Below, in pieces: positions 55,277 to 63,607 of a stretch of DNA of 64,000 nt. How positions within the stretch are numbered: the first letter of the stretch is position 1; the number at the start of each line of letters is the position of its first letter. Position numbers and translations under genes: made by a program. The notes beneath the pieces were generated by a model. That model was not told the DNA's origin. It ran no database searches and worked only from the letters and a program-made list of their open reading frames with translations. The stretch comes from an uncultured Solibacteraceae bacterium (GTDB lineage Bacteria; Acidobacteriota; Terriglobia; Bryobacterales; Bryobacteraceae): assembly GCA_964627045.1 (NCBI GenBank), contig CAZVIK010000001.1, positions 14,902 through 78,901 of the forward strand, written 5' to 3'.

Positions 55277-56947
55277 ATGGCTGACGGTAAACTTCAAGTC
55301 ATCCCGATCGGCGGGGTGGGCGAATTCGGCATGAACTGTCTCGCCCTGCGCTATGGCGACGACATCATCGTCATCGACTGCGGGATGATGTTTCCCGAGG
55401 AGGAACTCCTCGGGGTCGACGTCGTCATCCCCGACTTCACTTACCTCGAGGACAACCGCGATAAGGTCCGCGCCCTCATCCTCACCCACGGGCACGAGGA
55501 CCACATCGGCGCCACCCCGTTTCTCCTCTCCGAACTGAACATCCCGGTCTATGCTAGCGAGTTCACCCTCGCCCTGGCCGGGCGGCGCCTGGAGGAGCAC
55601 GACCTGAAGGACCGGCTCCGCCTGAACGCCGTCAAACCCGGCGAGCGTGTCCAGATCGGCGCGTTCCAGGTCCAGTTCATCCACGTCACGCACTCCATCG
55701 TCAGCGCCTTCGCCCTCGCCATCACCACGCCGCTCGGCGTCGTCATCCACACCGGCGATTTCAAAGTCGACCCCACGCCCACCGACAACGACCTGTTCGA
55801 CCTGCACACCCTGGCCGACTACGGCAAGCGGGGCGTGCTGCTGCTGCTCTCCGATTCCACCAACGTGGACCGCTCCGGTTACACCGAGAGCGAGCGCGCC
55901 GTCCGCCCGCGTCTGGAGGATATCTTCAACCGCGCCCGCGAGCGCGTGGTCGTGGCCTGCTTCAGTTCGTCGGTCCACCGCCTCCAGCAGTTGATCGACC
56001 TGGCCGCCGAGTTCGACCGCAAGGTCTGTTTCCTCGGCCGCAGCATAGCGACGGTCACTGAAATCGCCCATTCGCTCGGCCTGCTGCGAATCCCGGACCG
56101 CATCCTCCTCCGCCCGCAGGACTTGAACTCGGTGCCGCGAAGCAGCGTTCTGGCGGTCATCTCGGGGACGCAGGGCGAACCGATGTCGGCGCTCAGCCGC
56201 GTCGCCGTGGACAACCACAAGCAGCTTTCACTCGAACCGGGCGACACCGTCGTGCTGAGTTCGCGCATCATTCCGGGCAACGAGAAGGCCATCTACCGGA
56301 TGATCAACCACCTCTCGCGCCGCGGCGCCGATGTCATCTACGGATCGATGAACCCGCCGGTTCACGTCTCCGGCCACGGCAGCGCCGAGGAGTTGAAACT
56401 TATCCTGAACCTCGTCCGCCCCCGCTATTTCATGCCCATCCACGGCGAATACCGGCAGCTTGCCAAGCACGCCGCTTTGGCCAGCCACCTTCGCTTCGTG
56501 GGCCTGGAGGAAACGTTCGTCACCGAGACCGGACGCGTTCTGGAGATCGACGCCTACGGCGCGCGCATTAACGGCGAGGTCCCGGTCGGGCGCGTGTGCA
56601 TCGACAGCGGCACGCTGGACGAAGTGGTCGAGGACCTCGTCATCCGCGATCGCCGGCATCTGTCCGAAGACGGCATTGTACTTCCCATCATCGCCATCAA
56701 CAAGCACACCGGCCGGAGCGAAGGGCTTCCCGAAATCGTCAGCCGCGGCTTCATCTCCGAAGAGGGCAGTGCCGAGATGTTGCAGGAGGCGCGCAGCGTC
56801 GTCGCCCGCACCATCGAGGAGTCCAGCGCCGAGGAGCGCTCCGACTGGGGTGTCATCAAGGAGAAGATTCGCATCGACCTGCGGCGCTACCTCACGCGCC
56901 AGACCTCGCGCCGCCCCCTGGTAATGCCTGTCATTCTGGAAATCTGA
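55277..56947 (+). CDS. rnj: ribonuclease J
   Basis: ATG at 55277 gives 556 aa. Has the beta-lactamase/beta-CASP architecture (LTHGHEDHIGA, SDSTN, GHGSAEEL) and an RNase J C-terminal domain. Confidence 0.92.
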   Translation: MADGKLQVIPIGGVGEFGMNCLALRYGDDIIVIDCGMMFPEEELLGVDVVIPDFTYLEDNRDKVRALILTHGHEDHIGATPFLLSELNIPVYASEFTLALAGRRLEEHDLKDRLRLNAVKPGERVQIGAFQVQFIHVTHSIVSAFALAITTPLGVVIHTGDFKVDPTPTDNDLFDLHTLADYGKRGVLLLLSDSTNVDRSGYTESERAVRPRLEDIFNRARERVVVACFSSSVHRLQQLIDLAAEFDRKVCFLGRSIATVTEIAHSLGLLRIPDRILLRPQDLNSVPRSSVLAVISGTQGEPMSALSRVAVDNHKQLSLEPGDTVVLSSRIIPGNEKAIYRMINHLSRRGADVIYGSMNPPVHVSGHGSAEELKLILNLVRPRYFMPIHGEYRQLAKHAALASHLRFVGLEETFVTETGRVLEIDAYGARINGEVPVGRVCIDSGTLDEVVEDLVIRDRRHLSEDGIVLPIIAINKHTGRSEGLPEIVSRGFISEEGSAEMLQEARSVVARTIEESSAEERSDWGVIKEKIRIDLRRYLTRQTSRRPLVMPVILEI

Positions 56948-56998
56948 CCCCCCCGGCCTGAGTGGCGCGGACCGTCGTTTTTCGTGGGCTGCGCTCGT

Positions 56999-57150
56999 CT
57001 TCGCGGGGCAGCCCCGCCCGTTGTTGTGGCGTGCACCCTCGGGTTGTGGAGCAGGCGGCCAGGTCTGCCACGTGGGCAGTCTTGCCCACGGCCTGGCCCT
57101 CTTGTTCTGCGGCTTCGCGCTTCCCTGTGAGACCCCCAGCCGCGGCGCAC
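56999..57150 (+). repeat. ~150-nt intergenic repeat, copy A
   Basis: Aligns by eye with 57952-58113 in the same orientation. Shared blocks are GT(T/C)GTGGCG(T/C)GCA(C/A)CCTCGG, CCAGG(T/C)CTGCCACGTGGGCAGTCT, GGCTTCGCGC and GTGAGACCCC. It contains the hairpin CGTGGGCA-GTCT-TGCCCACG. Confidence 0.55.
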
Positions 57151-57223
57151 CGGTCAACCCAAGTCGCGTCGAGGTTCGCCTTCCAGCCGCCGCCCCGTCT
57201 CGCGCACGGAACGCCCCCGCCGC

Positions 57224-57886
57224 TCAGTCCTTGAACCCCACCACCAGTTTGCCCGCCGGCGTCTTGTAGTGCAGGCTCACGTCTTTGGGTTTGTGCCGTC
57301 CCTCCAGGTAGAAGTACAGCAGCCCCTCCACCGGTTCGGAAGTCTCCTTCTCCGGCAGGACCTTCTCCTCCAGGAGTTCGAGCGTGCTCTTGCGGCTCGT
57401 GTCCCGGCCCGCCCGCGCCGTGGTCTCCCCGGCGGAACCCACATTGCCGATGGTGGGGCTGCCGCCGCCGATCCTCTCCGGCCGGCCGTCGCCCGTCGGC
57501 CGCCGCCACGCCGGCCCGTTGTCCTGCGAGGCCACTCCGGCGCCGCCTTTTCCCGAGGAAACCACCAGCACGCCGGCCCCCGCGATCTGGCTCGGGGCGA
57601 ACGGCGTCGAGCGGCTCCCATTCTTGCCGGACCACAATTCGAAATCGTCGCGGGCGATCGTCAGCTTGTGGCCGGTCCTCGGCGCGAGCCGCACCTCCAC
57701 CACGGCGATCGCCTCCTCCAACTCCACGCCAACGGCCCGCCGCACTTCGGCCTTGTCCAGAAAGACCTTGGCCGCGACCTCGACCACGCCATTGGAATCC
57801 CGGCCTTCCGCCGGCTTTCGCTCCGCCCCGGACAAGACCAGCGCGATGGCCACCGGCACGATCACGCTCCTGCGCGCGACGTTCAC
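57224..57886 (-). CDS. hypothetical secreted protein
   Basis: 220-aa ORF with a GTG start and a signal-like N-terminus (RRSVIVPVAIALVLSGA). It has a G-rich middle and an ordinary C-terminal domain (LLYFYLEGRHKPKDVSLHYKTPAGKLVVGFKD). I recognise no family. Confidence 0.6.
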   Translation of the reverse strand: MNVARRSVIVPVAIALVLSGAERKPAEGRDSNGVVEVAAKVFLDKAEVRRAVGVELEEAIAVVEVRLAPRTGHKLTIARDDFELWSGKNGSRSTPFAPSQIAGAGVLVVSSGKGGAGVASQDNGPAWRRPTGDGRPERIGGGSPTIGNVGSAGETTARAGRDTSRKSTLELLEEKVLPEKETSEPVEGLLYFYLEGRHKPKDVSLHYKTPAGKLVVGFKD

Positions 57887-57951
57887 GATTGTATTATGCG
57901 GGATCGGCGGCGCACTTTGTGGAACAGCTCTTCAACGTGGCGCAGCCCCGA

Positions 57952-58113
57952 CTTCGTAGGGCAGCCCTTTCCAGCCCTGCCCGTCGTCGTGGCGCGCAAC
58001 CTCGGATTGGGGATCGGGCCGCCAGGCCTGCCACGTGGGCAGTCTCACCAACGGCTCGGTTCCCCGTTTTTTCGGCTTCGCGCCTTCGCGTGAGACCCCA
58101 AGTTGTGGCGCAC
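57952..58113 (+). repeat. ~150-nt intergenic repeat, copy B
   Basis: Second copy of the element at 56999-57150, roughly three quarters identical by eye with a ~10-nt indel near the 5' end. In this copy the hairpin GTGGGCA/TGCCCAC is degraded. Confidence 0.55.
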
Positions 58114-58134
58114 GCGCCGCGCCGCGCGCCGAAC

Positions 58135-59721
58135 CTAGTCGCCCGCCTGGGGGCGTTCCGGAGCCGCGACCGGAGGGCCGGCAGGGGGAAGCAGACCCTT
58201 GGACTTGGCGGCCGCCACTTCGCGGCGCCACGCGGCCACGTCCCGAATCACGCTGGCGATGGCGGCGCGGTTGCGGAACAGCAGCCACAACCAGGCCCGC
58301 GCGCCCTTCTGCTGGAAGTAGATGCCCCGGAAGAACAGCCGCGCGATCAGAATGCTGATCTTGTACGGCGCCGGCTCGCCGGCAATCGACCGTAAGGCAC
58401 GCAGGTTCTCCTCCGGGCTGTAGGCGCTCGCCCACGCCTGCCTCACCTCGGCTTGCACTTGCGGAATCGACATGCCGAGCGGCGAATGCGCCATCTGGAA
58501 CGCCGAGAACTCCAGCCAGTGCTTGGGCCGTGTCAGCCGCCCCTCGCGCTGCAAGCGGTCGTATAGCGGCGTTCCCGGGAATGGTGTGATCTGCCCGAAC
58601 ACCGGCAGCCCCGGCGCCCATTGGCGGACTTCCTCTACCGTGCGCTCGGCCACCCCGGGCTTGTCGTGATCCAGTCCGAAGATGAAAGACGTGATCGCGT
58701 ATACGTTCCGCTTCGCCAGCCGGTCCAGCACCGCCCGGTACTCTTCCGGCTTAACGAAGTTCTTGCCCACGCTCGCCAGGTTGTCGCGGTCGAGCGACTC
58801 CATGCCGATGAAGATCCACCGCCCGCCCGACTCGGCGATCAAGTCGATTAGCTCTTCGTCCCGCAGAAGGTTCGCGCTGATCTGCCCCACCCAGGACATC
58901 TGCGCGCCCGCGGCGATGATGTCTCGCAGCAGCGACTTGGCCCGCTTGACGTTGATCGCCAGGTTGTCATCGACAAAAAACACCGCGATCTCGCCGCGCG
59001 AACGCCGCGCACGCTCCTTCAGCCGCAGCATCTCATCGACGATGCTCTGATTGGTGCGAAACCGGATCGAGTCTCCGAAGAAGCCCGTCACCGTGCAAAA
59101 CTCGCACCCGTAAGGACACCCGCGCCCGGATTCGATCGGGATGATGTGGAACGTCTCCCAGCCCGTCCGGTAGTGCGCCATGAACTTTTTCGCCAGCCCC
59201 GGGATGCGGTTGAACTGGTCCAGGTCCAGCGATTCCCACGGGATGGCCGGGTAGTCCTGAAGGTCCGGCTTCGCTGCCGCGCCCGCGACATCGCCGGCCC
59301 GGTAGGTCTCCTTGAGTTGGCCCCGCGCGGCATCCTCGACGATCTGCGGCCAGGTTTGATCGGCCTCGCCGATGGCCACCGCATCGGCGTGCTTCGCTCC
59401 GCCGTCGCGTCCCAGCGCCTCATCGGGGATCTCGGTAACATGGGGGCCGCCCATCACCACCGGAATCCCGGCGGCCCGCAACGCGTCGGCCACCCGGTAG
59501 GCTTTGGCGATCATGCGCGTCATGGCGCCGATGCCCACCAGCCCCACGCCTTCTTGTTTCACAAACCCGACGAGTTCCTCGTCGCTCATCGGCCGCGCAT
59601 TGCCGTCGATGAGCAGCACCTCGTGCCCCTTCGGAGTGAGCGCCTGTAGCAAAAACATCCACAGGTGCGGCATGAAGTTCCGCGTCACGCCGTTATCCGG
59701 GTTGTAAAGCAGTATCTTCAA
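58135..59721 (-). CDS. B12-binding domain radical SAM protein
   Basis: 528 aa with a TTG start 6-8 nt after GGGAGGAAG. Has an N-terminal cobalamin-binding Rossmann-like domain (LVGIGAMT...VVMGGPHVT), the radical SAM motif CPYGCEFC and a long helical C-terminal extension. Confidence 0.85.
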   Translation of the reverse strand: MKILLYNPDNGVTRNFMPHLWMFLLQALTPKGHEVLLIDGNARPMSDEELVGFVKQEGVGLVGIGAMTRMIAKAYRVADALRAAGIPVVMGGPHVTEIPDEALGRDGGAKHADAVAIGEADQTWPQIVEDAARGQLKETYRAGDVAGAAAKPDLQDYPAIPWESLDLDQFNRIPGLAKKFMAHYRTGWETFHIIPIESGRGCPYGCEFCTVTGFFGDSIRFRTNQSIVDEMLRLKERARRSRGEIAVFFVDDNLAINVKRAKSLLRDIIAAGAQMSWVGQISANLLRDEELIDLIAESGGRWIFIGMESLDRDNLASVGKNFVKPEEYRAVLDRLAKRNVYAITSFIFGLDHDKPGVAERTVEEVRQWAPGLPVFGQITPFPGTPLYDRLQREGRLTRPKHWLEFSAFQMAHSPLGMSIPQVQAEVRQAWASAYSPEENLRALRSIAGEPAPYKISILIARLFFRGIYFQQKGARAWLWLLFRNRAAIASVIRDVAAWRREVAAAKSKGLLPPAGPPVAAPERPQAGD

Positions 59722-59827
59722 TGGACGCTTCCTCCCGGGCCGCCGCCATTCGCCTTCTCAAAAGGGATCCGGCCCGCCGCGTTCGGGACTCGCCCGCGAT
59801 CGCGGCAGGCCGGTCAAATACTTAAGC

Positions 59828-60163
59828 TTACCAGCGCGGTTCGCGCCGCCGGTGGGACGGGCCCGAAGACCGTCCGCGGAACCCGCCGCCGCCCGGCCCG
59901 CCGCCGCCCCCGCCCGCGCCCTTCGGCCGGGCTTCGTTCACGTTGATGGCCCGGCTTCCAAGCGTCGCGCCGTTGAGCTCGCCGATCGCGCGGTCGGCGT
60001 CCGCATCGTTGGTCATCTCGACAAACGCGAAACCGCGCGGCTGGCCCGTATCACGGTCGCGGACGACGTTCACGCGCTCGACGGGGCCGTACTTCTCAAA
60101 CTGTTCCTGGATTTGCTCTTCGCTAACGTTGAAATCCAGGTTCCCAACAAAGATGTTCTTCAT
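59828..60163 (-). CDS. RRM-type RNA-binding protein with RGG tail
   Basis: 111 aa with RNP2 (IFVGNL), RNP1 (RGFAFVEM) and a C-terminal Gly/Arg tail. Confidence 0.9.
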   Translation of the reverse strand: MKNIFVGNLDFNVSEEQIQEQFEKYGPVERVNVVRDRDTGQPRGFAFVEMTNDADADRAIGELNGATLGSRAINVNEARPKGAGGGGGGPGGGGFRGRSSGPSHRRREPRW

Positions 60164-60246
60164 CTGGTCTCCTGCGGTTGAGGCCTGCTTTGCGGGACGA
60201 ACTTCGGAACCTGGCCCGGTCTGGCGGGATTATCAAGCGCTCTTGC

Positions 60247-60255
60247 AGTATAACA
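60247..60255 (-). promoter_or_regulatory. extended -10-like element (TGTTATACT) upstream of the RRM gene
   Basis: The minus strand reads TGTTATACT (TGnTATAcT) about 85 nt upstream of the ATG at 60163, just downstream of the kpsF hairpin. Confidence 0.3.
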
Positions 60256-60259
60256 TCAT

Positions 60260-60284
60260 GCGCGCGGGGGAAAAACCCGCGCGC
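60260..60284 (-). terminator. strong GC hairpin downstream of kpsF (possible terminator)
   Basis: The minus strand reads GCGCGCGGG-TTTTTCC-CCCGCGCGC (9-bp GC stem), 28 nt after the kpsF stop. The T-run is in the loop rather than trailing. Confidence 0.4.
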
Positions 60285-60311
60285 CGGCGGGCAAAACCTG
60301 CGCCCCGTTCC

Positions 60312-61304
60312 TTATACCGGCCGCCAACGGTAGATGTCGTGCAGCCGCACCAGCCCCCGGCAGCGGCCCGACGCCCCTTCGACCACCGGAAGGACCGAAA
60401 TCTGCGATGGCCGGTCCTCCATCAGCCGTAGCGCCTCGGCCAGCGTCGCCTCCGGCGCCACCGAGACCGGGTGGCGGGTCATGATCTGGCCCGCGCTCAG
60501 CGTCCGGATGTCGTCGTGGGCCCGCAGCGCGCGCCGCAAGTCGCCGTCGGTGATCAGCCCCAGAAACCGCCCGTCGGCCTCCACCACGCAGGCCGCCCCC
60601 AACGCCCGCTGGGTCATCGCCATCACCACGTCTTTCAGCGATTCCCCAGGCGCCACCCAGGCGACCTCGTCTCCGGTATGCATCGCATCGGCCACCGTCA
60701 GCCGCAGGTTGACGCCGAGCTGCCCGGCCGGGTGGTACCGCCCGAAATCCTCCGCACTCACCTGCCGCGCCAGAATCAGCGCCACCGCCAGCGCGTCGCC
60801 CAGCGCCAGCGCCACCACCGCGCTCGCGGTCGGCGCCAGGTTGTTCGGATCGGCCTCCCGGCGCACCGACGCATCCAGCACCACGTCCACCTCGGCCGCC
60901 AGCGGCGAGGCCATGCTGCCCAGAACCCCGATAATCGGCGAGCGGAACTCGCGCAGCGTCGGCACCAGCCGGCGCAACTCGGCCGTCGATCCGCTTTTGG
61001 AAAACATCACGGTCGGGTCGCCGGGAGCGTACACCCCCAGGTCGCCGTGCACCGCCTCGGCCGGATGCAGAAACACCGACGGCGACCCCGTGCTGCAAAA
61101 CGTAGCCGCCACCTTTCGCGCGACGTGCCCTGACTTGCCCATCCCGGTCGTCACCACCTTGCCGGGATGGTCCAGGATCAGCCGGACCGCGCGCACCAGC
61201 TTTTCGTCCAAAGCCCGGGCTGCGACCTCAATGCCCTCCGCTTCGGCACGCATCGCCGCCCGCGCCGCCTCCAGCCACGCGCGATCCTGGTTCGCCGTTT
61301 CCAT
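60312..61304 (-). CDS. kpsF: KpsF/GutQ family arabinose-5-phosphate isomerase
   Basis: ATG at 61304 gives 330 aa. Has a SIS domain (VVTTGMGKSGHVARKVAATF, SKSGST) followed by tandem CBS domains. Confidence 0.88.
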   Translation of the reverse strand: METANQDRAWLEAARAAMRAEAEGIEVAARALDEKLVRAVRLILDHPGKVVTTGMGKSGHVARKVAATFCSTGSPSVFLHPAEAVHGDLGVYAPGDPTVMFSKSGSTAELRRLVPTLREFRSPIIGVLGSMASPLAAEVDVVLDASVRREADPNNLAPTASAVVALALGDALAVALILARQVSAEDFGRYHPAGQLGVNLRLTVADAMHTGDEVAWVAPGESLKDVVMAMTQRALGAACVVEADGRFLGLITDGDLRRALRAHDDIRTLSAGQIMTRHPVSVAPEATLAEALRLMEDRPSQISVLPVVEGASGRCRGLVRLHDIYRWRPV

Positions 61305-61372
61305 AGAAGGCCATTGTCGCGCACCCCGCGCCTCCCGGGCGGGGACGCCCCGTCCCGCGCGCCCGCGGCGAG

Positions 61373-62596
61373 CTAAAGGAACAGGTCCGCTGCGGGCGCC
61401 GGCGTCACCTCTTCCCCGCTTTCCACCAGGGTCTCGATCCACCAGTTGGTCTCGTTATAGATGCAGGTGATCTCGCGGCACTCGGTGGCGGCGTCGAAGC
61501 GCCGGATCTGCGCCTCGGCCGCCTCCGACGCCCGGCGGCAGCCGTCCGGGGTGGCGTAGGCATCGGCCTCGGCCACCCAACTGCTTTCGTTGCCCCGGTG
61601 CGCCGGACAGGCGAAAACCCCAAGCGGCGTCACCACGTGCCGGAACTTCTGCATGTGGCAGGTGCGCGGCTGGAGCGCCGCCCCTTGGCGCGCCGAGCCG
61701 TCCAACAGCGCCAGCAGGTTCCGGCTGGGCGCCACGCCGAACCCGGCGTCCGCCAACCGCTGGGCCTCCCCCAGGGCCGCGCGGATTTGCTCGACCGCTT
61801 CGGCATCGCCGCCCGGCTCGCGCCCTCCGCCTCCCGCCCGGCTTCCGAGATTGACCACCTCGGCCCGCCCCGCGCCCCGCGCCAGCATCGGCTTGAAAGA
61901 GATGTAGTCGAACCCCGACGCCTTGGCCAGCCTCGCCGCCAGGACCATCTCGTTCACGTTCGACGCCGCCGGCGTGAACATCTGGCCTTCGCTGCGCCAC
62001 AGGATGACGAACGAATAGCCGAGTTGAACCTGCGGCGCCGCCTCCTTGATTCGCGCCGCCGTCCGGCAGATTTCTTCCAGCGTGACCTTCTTCCTCGGGC
62101 GGTGCAACATTTGAAACGTCTCGTCCGTGCCCGCGTCCAGCGACAGCCTCACCCAGTCTCCGGGGCCGAGCGGGCCCGCCACGCGCGCGATCCTATCGTT
62201 GTGCGCCCCGTTGGAGACGATGGCGCATTGCAGCCCCAGCCCCTTGATTTCGGCCACGGCCTCTTCGAACTGAGGGTGCAGCGCCGGCTCCCCGCCGCCG
62301 ATCAGAATCACCGACCGCAGCCCCCTCTCGGCCAGCAGCCGCAGCGTCGCCCTCACCGTATCCAGCCCCAGGTGCTTCCCGCCGTTCAGCAACTCCGCAT
62401 CGATGCAGTGGCCACAGCGATAGTCGCACGCCAGCGTCAGATCCAGGTTGATGGAAATCGGACCGTCGTTGGCGTTCTCTCCGCCGCCCGTCCCGCCCGC
62501 GCCTGGCGTGCGCCGCGCGGCCCGCGTCTTGGCCAGGTACCGGTTCAGCGCCGGGGCCGTCCTTGGGTCCGACAACTTCAAGCGGAAATCATGCAT
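61373..62596 (-). CDS. radical SAM protein with Cys-rich C-terminal (Twitch/SPASM-like?) region
   Basis: 407 aa with the CxxxCxxC motif CDYRCGHC and the SAM-binding GGGEP. Additional C-terminal cysteines are present (CHMQKFRHVVTPLGVFAC, CRR, ECREITC). Confidence 0.85.
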   Translation of the reverse strand: MHDFRLKLSDPRTAPALNRYLAKTRAARRTPGAGGTGGGENANDGPISINLDLTLACDYRCGHCIDAELLNGGKHLGLDTVRATLRLLAERGLRSVILIGGGEPALHPQFEEAVAEIKGLGLQCAIVSNGAHNDRIARVAGPLGPGDWVRLSLDAGTDETFQMLHRPRKKVTLEEICRTAARIKEAAPQVQLGYSFVILWRSEGQMFTPAASNVNEMVLAARLAKASGFDYISFKPMLARGAGRAEVVNLGSRAGGGGREPGGDAEAVEQIRAALGEAQRLADAGFGVAPSRNLLALLDGSARQGAALQPRTCHMQKFRHVVTPLGVFACPAHRGNESSWVAEADAYATPDGCRRASEAAEAQIRRFDAATECREITCIYNETNWWIETLVESGEEVTPAPAADLFL

Positions 62597-63518
62597 GCTC
62601 GAGTTCCTGTTCCGGCGGCAACGCCTTCAATAGCGCCGAGGACATCCGGAGATTCGGCAGAATCCCCGGGTCCGGGCCGCGCCCGTCCGGCCCCGCCGCA
62701 GCCTTGTTTACGAACGCCGCGACCGAGGACTCTACCGGATCGGCCACCGGCATCTCCCGTCCTTCGTGAAGAAGGTAGATCCGGTAGCCTTCCAGATCCA
62801 CCCGCCGTTCGACGCGGCGCCCGTTGATCTCATAGGCGGCGTGCCGCGGCTGCCCGGCCTGTCGCGCAAAGCGGTACGACGCCTCGATTTCCTGCCCCCC
62901 GGCGCCCATGCACATGAAATCGATCTCCAGCCGCGCGTCTCCGCCGGCGCCGGCCGGCCAATGCGCCGCCTTCACGCGGCGCGCCCCCGCGCCTCCCAGC
63001 GCCAATAACAGCGAGTTGGCATGCGCCGCGCACTCCATCAACATCTCCGCTGCGCCGCCGCTCGAAGGTGACAGCTCGCAACGGAACAGCCGCACTTCTT
63101 CGGGACGCACCTGGCCCGCGATCTCGCCGAACGCGGCGAGCGTGTAGACCCACTGCGTGTTCTCGTGGACCACGCTGCTTGACCGCCGCGCCTTTTCCAG
63201 GACCGCTTCCAGAGCCGTGATAAGCTCGTCGAAGCTCCCGGCTCCCCCGCCGCCCGGCCACACCGCCGGTTTCTCGCAGAAAACGTGCAGCCCCCGCTCC
63301 ACGGCCGCCGCCAGGTATTCGAAGTGGGTTTCGGGCGGGGAGCAGATCGCCACCGCCTCCACGCCGCACGGCGTCTCTCCGCTCTCCAGCCATGCGCGCG
63401 ACGCCGCGCGGTCCCATGCCTGGACGGCGCAGCCCATCCGGCCGAGAAACCGCCCTACAAACGGTCCTGTTCCCGTCCGGCTGCGGTTTGGCCCAATGAG
63501 GGCGATGCGAAGGGGCAT
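62589..63518 (-). CDS. Gfo/Idh/MocA-like oxidoreductase (short, divergent)
   Basis: 309 aa with an N-terminal Rossmann-like RIALIGP and the EKP motif (FCEKPAVW). Its end overlaps the radical SAM start by 8 nt. Confidence 0.7.
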   Translation of the reverse strand: MPLRIALIGPNRSRTGTGPFVGRFLGRMGCAVQAWDRAASRAWLESGETPCGVEAVAICSPPETHFEYLAAAVERGLHVFCEKPAVWPGGGGAGSFDELITALEAVLEKARRSSSVVHENTQWVYTLAAFGEIAGQVRPEEVRLFRCELSPSSGGAAEMLMECAAHANSLLLALGGAGARRVKAAHWPAGAGGDARLEIDFMCMGAGGQEIEASYRFARQAGQPRHAAYEINGRRVERRVDLEGYRIYLLHEGREMPVADPVESSVAAFVNKAAAGPDGRGPDPGILPNLRMSSALLKALPPEQELEHA

Positions 63519-63607
63519 TCGGCGAGCGCCGGGCTCCTCACCATCCCGGCGCGAAAAACAAAGGGTAACCCATCGGCCGGAGCGATCTCAAGCGCCGCCG
63601 CGCGCCG

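Noticed and set aside
57887-59827. Searched around the B12-radical SAM gene for a RiPP-style precursor peptide or leader-core ORF
   Set aside because: The flanking intergenic DNA is occupied by the 150-nt repeat and an SD/promoter region. The short frames there are R/P-rich translations of the repeat, not Cys/Ser/Thr-rich core-like peptides.
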